A DNA stretch of 64,000 nt from Cenarchaeum sp. (GTDB lineage: Archaea > Thermoproteota > Nitrososphaeria > Nitrososphaerales > Nitrosopumilaceae): the NCBI GenBank assembly GCA_963692915.1, contig OY843584.1, forward strand, positions 1,120,001 through 1,184,000. Direction: 5' to 3'. Positions 8,732-16,216 of this stretch are shown one piece after another; the stretch's first letter is position 1; every line of letters begins with the position of its first letter. The notes under the pieces were generated by a model. It was not told where the DNA came from. It did no database searches and saw nothing but the letters and a program-made list of their open reading frames with translations. Position numbers and translations under genes: made by a program.

Positions 8732-9021
8732 GTGGCGCCCCTCAAAGGGGGGCACATTATTAATCATTCGTGCCATCCACCGCACAGGCGCAGCGCAGCG
8801 CCCGCTAGCCGGCAGTCGCGATCCGGCCGACGGGTCTAGCCACAGCGACGCCACTAGGCAAGAGGCGGGGCACGCTGGAGGCACAAAGTCCGTTGACCCC
8901 ACAGGATCCCGCGTCATGGCAGGACAGAGGGCTCTGGAGCCCAGGCTGCTCAACACGGACATCACGAGAACGGCGTAACCCCCGATCGTGCGCGCAGATG
9001 ATATGGCCACGTGGGGCACGC

Positions 9022-9363
9022 TCAATAGTCCTGAGCGGGATGGATGACGTCTTCCAGGGATGGCGCCATCTTTACGACAATGTCGCGCACGTTGTCATCA
9101 GACAGCGCGTCATGGACCAGGGCATCCATCACTTTCCTTGACGGAATGGCCCCTGTAAAGCCCACGATTCCGGCAAGGTACCCTTGCATATAGCAGAGCG
9201 TCTCTAATGGCCCGTTGTGCTCGGTGACAAGCGGAAACATTGGGCAGGCCTTTGGGTCGTCCACTATGCGCGCCGCGTATCTCTTTGTCGCCTCGACGGC
9301 GACGTCGAGGGCGAGTGGGTTGGGCTTTTCTGCCTTCTCTTTTGTGGCCGACTGCAGGCTCAT
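9022..9363 (-). CDS. Unknown 113-aa protein, family member A1
   Basis: ATG 9363 (MSLQSAT) matches paralog 13406..13747; TTTAATA box ~25 nt upstream. Confidence 0.85.
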   Translation of the reverse strand: MSLQSATKEKAEKPNPLALDVAVEATKRYAARIVDDPKACPMFPLVTEHNGPLETLCYMQGYLAGIVGFTGAIPSRKVMDALVHDALSDDNVRDIVVKMAPSLEDVIHPAQDY

Positions 9364-9726
9364 GCTGCGTCCGACAGGTGTGCGCCATATTAAATATTCT
9401 AATGATCGTGGATTTTGGGGCTCAAGCACGGGCTAGCTCTGATTCCTGCTAGACTCTACATAGAGCATGCAACGGCGCCCCATGACGCTGGAGCTAGCGC
9501 TGCGGCTCAATCACCACTGCGCCAAAGTTATAGTTCAATTTCGTGCCAGAGCCATCATCTGTTAGTATCTCCACCAGTCTGCCCAAGAATGCCTTGCCCG
9601 TCACGGGGTCTGACATCTCTTCAGCAGACATTGCGCGCACCCGCGCCACGGATTGGCATAGATCTGTGGGGGATCTTGGGGTTCAAGCCAGCAAAGACTT
9701 ATCAAAGCGCATGAGTACGGATCGGG

Positions 9727-10446
9727 GTGAAAATTCGGATCAAGGGTGCGAGGCAGAGGGTAGATCTCAAGAGTGTCACAGGCCACGAGTCCAGCGCGTA
9801 CAGGCAGGCCAGCGCAGGCATGCACAGATCAATGATTGTGCCGATCCGAAACGAGTGCCTTGTAGGGGGCGGAACGGATGCGCCACATGCGTCAGAACCA
9901 CAATTGGCCGCCACGAGGCAAGAGGGCGCAGGCGCGCACGTGAACCATACGGGCACCGAGATTGAGCGCATGGAGCGCATCGGAACCCTGTTCAGGTTTT
10001 TCAACTATCTGCATATGAAAGGTGTTCTGGCCGACGGTGACACGCTCGACAAACCAGAGGTGCAGCACAAGCTGCAAAGGTGCGCCTATATCGCAAAAAA
10101 GCTGGGGACAGACATGGGATACGAGTTTGGCTTTTTGGACAGTGGGGCGTTCTCAACGGACATTGCAATAGACATCTATGATCGCGGATGTGGAGAGGGG
10201 GGCACAGAGCCATTTGTGCGCGATCCCGATGCCTCGCGGATGTTTGTTCATATGGTGCAGGGACGCAATGTGGAATGGTTGGATGTTGCGACGTTTGCCC
10301 TTCGCGAGAACCATGGAAATGAGACACTAGACGAGTTCGTCAAGCGCATGAAGCGCGAAAATATCGAATATGGCAAAAAGCTGGTTATGGACGTGTTTGG
10401 CCATGTTCGCGCATGCATGAATGGGGAGGTCACGGGGCAGGCATGA
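9727..10446 (+). CDS. Panacea(DUF4065/SocA)/YwgA-like domain protein, putative antitoxin
   Basis: KLQRCAYIAKKLGTDMGYEFGFLDSGAFSTDI resembles the KLQKxxY...Y.F....GP.S motif; start may be ATG 9970. Confidence 0.6.
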   Translation: MKIRIKGARQRVDLKSVTGHESSAYRQASAGMHRSMIVPIRNECLVGGGTDAPHASEPQLAATRQEGAGAHVNHTGTEIERMERIGTLFRFFNYLHMKGVLADGDTLDKPEVQHKLQRCAYIAKKLGTDMGYEFGFLDSGAFSTDIAIDIYDRGCGEGGTEPFVRDPDASRMFVHMVQGRNVEWLDVATFALRENHGNETLDEFVKRMKRENIEYGKKLVMDVFGHVRACMNGEVTGQA

Positions 10447-10967
10447 GCTCGACTCCGCGGTGGCTAGGCTGGTTAGGTACCCTAGCAGGAATCGTCTCCA
10501 TAATGATGCTCGTTCCGGACATCAGGGAGCATGCCATGATCGTGCTGGGAATCTTTTCTGCAACATTGGCAGTAAACGTGATATGGGTGGCCGTAAAATC
10601 TGAAAAAGCGCAAAGGATGGAGGATTACAGCATGATCATGGACGTGCAGTTTGTGGCAAGGCAGTGCGAGCACGCTTTAGAGATGTTGAGCAGAACTGCA
10701 GGAACGCATGATGGGAGCACACATCGTGCGCTTGACCAGCTTGCCACAAGAATTAGCCTTTGTATTACTAGGTATAGACGCTATCTCAACCCCGCAACTA
10801 TAGAATCCCTAAAGGGCGTCGAGATGGTCATCATGGAGGCCCAGATCAACAGGGACACACGGATGACACTTACCATCTTTCCCATCAAAAAGACCATCAT
10901 GGGAATAAAGTACGGCATACGCGAGATCGATGACGCTGACCTCCAAGCCGCACGTCGCAGGATATAG
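10443..10967 (+). CDS. Membrane protein (two N-terminal TM helices plus helical cytoplasmic domain)
   Basis: ATGA overlap with the upstream stop (10443-10446); two hydrophobic segments WLGWLGTLAGIVSIMMLV and AMIVLGIFSATLAVNVIWVAV. Confidence 0.75.
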   Translation: MSSTPRWLGWLGTLAGIVSIMMLVPDIREHAMIVLGIFSATLAVNVIWVAVKSEKAQRMEDYSMIMDVQFVARQCEHALEMLSRTAGTHDGSTHRALDQLATRISLCITRYRRYLNPATIESLKGVEMVIMEAQINRDTRMTLTIFPIKKTIMGIKYGIREIDDADLQAARRRI

Positions 10968-11012
10968 GCCAGCTTTGGCATGTCACATGTAACATACGCT
11001 GACTGTAGTGCG

Positions 11013-12167
11013 TCACTTTGAAATGGGCGGGACTTTTAGTGTCGGAGCCATGGCAGCCGCAAGATCCAGCTCTTCGAGAGCCTCGTCGTAGCGTCCAAGC
11101 GATCGTAGCGCGTAGCCGCGGCAGATGTGCGTGCAGGCGTTGTCCGAATCCAGCGCTAGCGCGCGATCAAGATCCTTGAGCGCCGCGGCGTAATGTCCAA
11201 GTTCAAGGAGCGCATGACCGTGGCCAAGATGCGCATCGGCGCTGTCGGGATCCAGCTCGAGCGCATGATTCAACGCAAGACGAGCCTCATCGTAGCGACC
11301 GAGTCCTAGGAGCGCATGACCCCTCCCAATATACGCGTCGACGCTGTTCGGATCAAGCCCTATCGCAGAGTCCATCGCGATGAGAGCCTCACCGTAGCGA
11401 CCGAGCGAGTGGAGCGCCCTGCCGCGACAAATGTGCGCATCAGAGTTGTCAGGCCTGATGTGAATTGCGCGATCAAAGGCAGCAAGGGCGTCAATGACGC
11501 GATCAAGCTGGAGCAGTGTGTCACCCCTGCCGATGTGGGCCACAATATTGCCAGAATCAAGCTCGAGGGCACGGTCTAGTTCCACGAGGGCGTCTTCATG
11601 CCATCCAATACTGGCAAGTATGGCGCCTTTTTTAACGCACACGTCAATATTCTTGTGATCAATGCTTTTGATACGATCGAGTTCTTTTAATGCCTCATGA
11701 AATCTGCCATGAGCGGCAAAAATCAAACTTTTGTTTGTCGGCTCTATGGAGAACACAGGATCAATCCTATCAACACATTCAAAAACTGCGAATGGGCGCG
11801 AGTCGTCAGCAGGAGTGGACAATGTGGGTTCGGAACCTAGGTGTGGTCTGTCCCCGGAAAAACGCGCGCGAAATGTGATATGACGCATGGACGTCAGGCT
11901 ATCGAGGGAATCAGCGACATCTTTCTGGTTTTGCAAACCCGGCAATTGTTTTTGATATTTGAGGCGCACCCCCCTGCCATATGCGCTTATGGCATCATCG
12001 TAGCGTCCATTCATATACAGATCTTCTCCACGGCTCATGCAGAGCTGGGAATCCTGTCGGGTGTTTGAATCCATGCCGTTTCCATCCTCAGGGCAAGTGG
12101 AGACTACTTTTAACCGTTTATTGGGCGTGTCGTTTGCCTCACGCCTGTATCGCCACAATATCCCCAA
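11013..12167 (-). CDS. Tetratricopeptide repeat protein
   Basis: About six tandem 34-aa repeats (AHIGRG.AL..LGRY.EAL...D.A..LDP); TTATAA ~27 nt upstream. Confidence 0.9.
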   Translation of the reverse strand: MGILWRYRREANDTPNKRLKVVSTCPEDGNGMDSNTRQDSQLCMSRGEDLYMNGRYDDAISAYGRGVRLKYQKQLPGLQNQKDVADSLDSLTSMRHITFRARFSGDRPHLGSEPTLSTPADDSRPFAVFECVDRIDPVFSIEPTNKSLIFAAHGRFHEALKELDRIKSIDHKNIDVCVKKGAILASIGWHEDALVELDRALELDSGNIVAHIGRGDTLLQLDRVIDALAAFDRAIHIRPDNSDAHICRGRALHSLGRYGEALIAMDSAIGLDPNSVDAYIGRGHALLGLGRYDEARLALNHALELDPDSADAHLGHGHALLELGHYAAALKDLDRALALDSDNACTHICRGYALRSLGRYDEALEELDLAAAMAPTLKVPPISK

Positions 12168-12507
12168 GGTGGCCGTTCTGCACAGGCTCGTCGATTATAA
12201 CCAGCATTTACATATGGTCAATAATCCCGACACCCTGGATCACTATGAATGTGATGCAGGCGCATGGAAGACAGTGCAGGCGGCGGCATGCCGCATCAGA
12301 CTTGGAACAGTAATCGTTCCGACATGACCGTTACGCCAAGCCCCTGTCACAGGCCATTCACAAGATTGTGTCAAGCCGCACGTTCGGCAAGATTTTGTCG
12401 ACGGACTGCATGTCAGCCGCACCTGCCATGTAAAACAGGTCCGTCCGCGTTCTGACGTAGCGCAGGCAATATCAAGTCTTTAAATAGAACCATGAGTATA
12501 TGAGTGC

Positions 12508-12639
12508 GTGAAATGGCACGAGGCAGTCATAGTTGGCGGCGTGCTTGTGGGACTTTATGCCATTCTCTCATCCAAGAGTGGCGACAATGATGCAGACAAC
12601 AGCGGGGAACAGAACGAGGACGACTCCAACAGTGACTAG
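12508..12639 (+). CDS. 43-aa single-pass membrane microprotein with acidic tail
   Basis: GTG start: MKWHEAVIVGGVLVGLYAILSSKSGDNDADNSGEQNEDDSNSD*; TTAAATA box at ~12479-12486; below the ORF-track cutoff. Confidence 0.6.
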   Translation: MKWHEAVIVGGVLVGLYAILSSKSGDNDADNSGEQNEDDSNSD

Positions 12640-12773
12640 TGTGCCAGAGCACCCGGAACCCGCACGGCATTGCGCAACAGATGATTGAGACCCGACGCAT
12701 AAAATCGAATGGTGAAAAGACCCCGCAAGGCGCAGCAGAGTGCATGGGCGGCACGACACCACCGCGTGTGCGC

Positions 12774-13121
12774 CTAGTACTCGCGCGGAGGGTTTACGCA
12801 GTCAGTCGGCAGGGCAGACGTCTGCATGGCTACTGCGATATCGCGCACGTTGTGGTCACAGAGCGTCTCGTAGACTAGGGCGTCCATCTTTTCCTTTGTC
12901 GGCTTTTCTCCCATTGACGAGACAAAGCCGGCGAGGTAGCCCTGCATGTAGCTGAGCGACTGGAGAATGCCGTGGTACTCATTGATGACCGGAAACATCG
13001 GGCACGCCTGTGGGTCGTTGCGTATGCTCGCCGCATACCTCTTTGTCGCGTCCACTGCGATTTTAAGGGACAGATCGTTGTCTGGCTCTTGCACATTGCG
13101 CAAACTCGTCTTGCGTTTCAT
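12774..13121 (-). CDS. Unknown 115-aa protein, family member B2
   Basis: Paralog of 8384..8731 (CPMFPVINE, YMQGYLAG, MDALVYETLCD.NVRD). Confidence 0.85.
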   Translation of the reverse strand: MKRKTSLRNVQEPDNDLSLKIAVDATKRYAASIRNDPQACPMFPVINEYHGILQSLSYMQGYLAGFVSSMGEKPTKEKMDALVYETLCDHNVRDIAVAMQTSALPTDCVNPPREY

Positions 13122-13405
13122 GTGACGCGCTCTAAAGTGAGCGCATTATTAAACACTCGCACCATCTGACCGCACGAGGGCAGCGCAGCGTTGGCCAGGC
13201 AGGCGCGAACAGGCCGACGTGTCTGGCCACAGCGACGTCACTAGGCAAGAGGCGAGGTATGGCGATGAGCGCATAGTCGACTCTGCAGGAACCCGCGCCA
13301 TGGCAAGACAGAAGGCTCGAGGGCAGGGGCTGCTCAACATGTACATCACGAGAACGGCGTAACCCCCGATCGTGCGCGCAGACGATATGGCCACATGGGG
13401 CGCGC

Positions 13406-13747
13406 TCAATAGTCCTGCGGGGGGTTTATGCACTCGTCCAGGGACAGCGTCATCTTTAAGACAATGTCGCGCACATTGTCATCAGAGAGCGCATCACGAA
13501 CCATCGAGTTCATCACATCCCTAGTTGGGGTAGCCCCGGCAAAGTCCGCGATTCCGGCGAGGTAGCCGTGCATGTAGCAGAGCGTCTCGAGTGCCCCGCC
13601 GTGACTGGTGAGCACAGGAAGCATTGGACAGGCCTTTGGGTTGTCCACTATGCTCGCCGCGTATCTCTTTGTCTCGCTCACGGCGACGTCTAGCACGAGT
13701 GGGTTGGGCTTTTCTGCCCTCTCCTTTGTGGCCGTCTGCAGGCTCAT
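13406..13747 (-). CDS. Unknown 113-aa protein, family member A2
   Basis: ATG 13747 (MSLQTAT); paralog of 9022..9363. Confidence 0.85.
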   Translation of the reverse strand: MSLQTATKERAEKPNPLVLDVAVSETKRYAASIVDNPKACPMLPVLTSHGGALETLCYMHGYLAGIADFAGATPTRDVMNSMVRDALSDDNVRDIVLKMTLSLDECINPPQDY

Positions 13748-14050
13748 GCCTCTCGCAGCATATACACACCATATTAAACATTCCAATGACTGTGGCTTTT
13801 GTGGGCTCAAGCGCGAGCCACCGTCGATTCTGGTCACGAACTTTGCACAGGGCAAAAAGCAGGGCATGACACGGCGCGCGTCTTCCTCACTCAGGGCGCA
13901 CAGTGTGGCAGTGCCATGTAGCCTGCGATCAACAGGGCGCACACTATCCGATCAAAGTGAGGCGCTGTAGTTTGGGAAGAGCTCGCGAGGCACACCAATG
14001 GCGGCAGGCAGGGCCAACACGCTTAAAAATCGCCATCGTGTGAGCGGGAC

Positions 14051-14728
14051 ATGGAATTAGCCGCAAGCCCGACATTGACACACTATGTGTTCTCGGACAT
14101 TACGGGGGATTTGAGCACCCGCAGTAATGATGACCATGTTGGGATCGCAGGAATCATGGTCAGTGCGGAGCGCGCCCTAATGCTTGACAGGGGCCTGCAG
14201 GAGCTCAAGGACAGGCGGTATCCGAAGCACGATCCCCTAAAGTTCATGCTTCATGGAACCGAACTAGGCAGCGGGCGCATTGGGCACATTGGAGACGCGG
14301 TCCCGCCGCCATATGAGAGCGTGTTCGGCGAGGTCCTAAAAGTGCTCAATGATGCCAATGTGAGAGTCATCCATGTCAGTTTGAGCAAAAAGGCCAACCG
14401 CACCGACAATAGCACGGATGTCAGCATGCGGGATCAGTTGTGGAACAAGTTTTTGACAGGATGCGACAGGGCGCTAGAGTCCGTCGGCGGGGACTCTATG
14501 GCGATGATCGTCCACGACAGGGACCGCACGAGTGAAATCATCTCCGGAATTCTCAGCGCACACGTAAAGGGGCATGCTGGATGCAGGATGAGTCCTCCAA
14601 TGAGGTTTCACAGATCGCGCAGCGTAAACGCCCTGCAGGGGGCAGACATTGTGGCGTATATCGAGCGGCATGCGCACAAGAGTCCCGTGTTTGAAGAGTG
14701 GCACAAGAGCATCACGGGTATGAGATGA
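14051..14728 (+). CDS. DUF3800-like (RNase H fold) protein
   Basis: N-terminal YVFSDITGD (variant of xxDESG), LHG.EL, C-terminal LQGADIVAY; TTAAAAA box upstream. Confidence 0.7.
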   Translation: MELAASPTLTHYVFSDITGDLSTRSNDDHVGIAGIMVSAERALMLDRGLQELKDRRYPKHDPLKFMLHGTELGSGRIGHIGDAVPPPYESVFGEVLKVLNDANVRVIHVSLSKKANRTDNSTDVSMRDQLWNKFLTGCDRALESVGGDSMAMIVHDRDRTSEIISGILSAHVKGHAGCRMSPPMRFHRSRSVNALQGADIVAYIERHAHKSPVFEEWHKSITGMR

Positions 14729-14852
14729 GGGGCGGACGGACGGATCCATTACGGATGCCGCCCATCCTAAAGGCGAATCAATCGCGCGCCTCTGGGCAGG
14801 CAGGCAGGCGGCACACATTATTAGCGTTGCCCAAAAACGGACATGTCATCCC

Positions 14853-16106
14853 TCATGCGGTGATCTGTGGCCGAATCACGTCAGCGAGGCCATCACGATC
14901 CCTGACGTGTGCGCCCACCCTGTCATCAAGTATGGCACTCGCGAGGGACTCCATCTCCCTTGTGCTGACCCGCAGCTCGTGCAGCCTCAGGAGCGAGTTT
15001 ATCCTGTCATATGCGCCATGATCGCAGGGCGCACCGTCCAGCTCGCCGAGAATTTCGCGCGCCGCAGCATTATCGCCCATGCCGGCCTCCATGGCGATTG
15101 TGTGTGCGAGGCCATTATGGTCGGAGACGGGGCGCAGTCCGACGGTGCGACTGTCAAGGGCCTGCAGCTTGCGTACGTCGTTCTTTCTTTCAGGATATCC
15201 AAACCCGCGCGTTGTGGACAGCGCCACAAGGTCAGCGCCCCAGAACGGCATGCAATGGATCGTCGAGGCCCGATGATCCGCAAGGTTTGCGCGCGGTATG
15301 TTGGTGGCAAGAAACGCGACATCCCTGTGCGCATATTTCTGAAGGCACTCATAGGCGGCCGGAGCCGACTCGGGCGGCCGGTACAGTATGTTCACCATGT
15401 TCAATCCAAGCTCGTCAACAATATACTCCAGCACATCGGCAAAGGCAAAATATCCCATGTCAATTGAGGGAAGTGTCTGCTTGCGGCAGCTCTCAATCTC
15501 CCCGTGTACGCGCCAGAGCTTTTTTTGCAGCCAGTCAGGTGCCGTGCGGCTCTCGATGTTGGATTGCGGCACTTCTTCAACGTGTGGCGCCATCCTTGCC
15601 TGCTCGGGGTTTAGGCCCATGTGCGGCACGGACACAATGTCATAGCCGGCCCTCATCTGTGAGCGAACAAGCGCATCAACTAGGTGATCTTGCGCATCGC
15701 CACACTCGAGTATCGGATTTGGCGCGCCCATCGCAATGTCGCCAATCTGGAGCGAGCACACACGGAGTGGGGCGTTCTGCGCGTTGAACTTTGCCAGGTC
15801 ATCGACGAATTGCCGTTGCCCGCCATGGTAGGCAAGCAGCGTAAACGTGTCATGGCGGTATATTGTCTTTGCGTACACGGCCACGCGGTTCTCGAGCTCG
15901 ATTCCGAGGTCATGACGGGAGTTCATGTCCATCTCGTATCCCGTTGCGCATCTCGCCGGAGTCACGATCACCTCGTCGCCAACGCGCATCTCAAGTGAGC
16001 GCAGTGCGGGCATGTCGTGTGTTGCCTCCACAACGCGCCTCACGCGCACGTCTAGCAACGCAGGGTCACGCCCCCGCACGCGAGGCGCACGTGCCATACG
16101 CGGCAT
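14853..16106 (-). CDS. Uncharacterised ~410-aa protein, possibly TGT-like TIM barrel
   Basis: Long ORF with TATAAAT upstream; N-terminal R.LE...GD.VIVTP resembles the start of tRNA-guanine transglycosylase-fold proteins, but no DSGG motif seen. Confidence 0.55.
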   Translation of the reverse strand: MPRMARAPRVRGRDPALLDVRVRRVVEATHDMPALRSLEMRVGDEVIVTPARCATGYEMDMNSRHDLGIELENRVAVYAKTIYRHDTFTLLAYHGGQRQFVDDLAKFNAQNAPLRVCSLQIGDIAMGAPNPILECGDAQDHLVDALVRSQMRAGYDIVSVPHMGLNPEQARMAPHVEEVPQSNIESRTAPDWLQKKLWRVHGEIESCRKQTLPSIDMGYFAFADVLEYIVDELGLNMVNILYRPPESAPAAYECLQKYAHRDVAFLATNIPRANLADHRASTIHCMPFWGADLVALSTTRGFGYPERKNDVRKLQALDSRTVGLRPVSDHNGLAHTIAMEAGMGDNAAAREILGELDGAPCDHGAYDRINSLLRLHELRVSTREMESLASAILDDRVGAHVRDRDGLADVIRPQITA

Positions 16107-16216
16107 CCCCGTCGCATTCCATGTCGCGCAGCCTGCGTGGACATATTTATAGCTGAGCGCCCATGATGTTCACGGCCGACGTGTGGGCGCGCCCGCACTG
16201 CAGGCATTGCTGTAAA

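Larger units (their letters stand above)
8384..9432. repeat. Duplicated ~1.05-kb unit, copy 1 (gene A - conserved spacer - gene B, plus promoter)
   Basis: Colinear with 12774-13817 across both genes, the spacer and the upstream promoter. Confidence 0.9.
12774..13817. repeat. Duplicated ~1.05-kb unit, copy 2
   Basis: Colinear with 8384-9432; 40-nt exact match 13343-13382 = 8959-8998. Confidence 0.9.

Noticed and set aside
8732-9025. N-terminal extension making B1 a 213-aa protein
   Set aside because: Paralog B2 has a stop in the equivalent frame, and both have a TATA box just before MKR.
8384-13817. Diversity-generating retroelement template/variable repeat pair
   Set aside because: No reverse transcriptase in the window; differences between copies are not adenine-specific and span whole genes.
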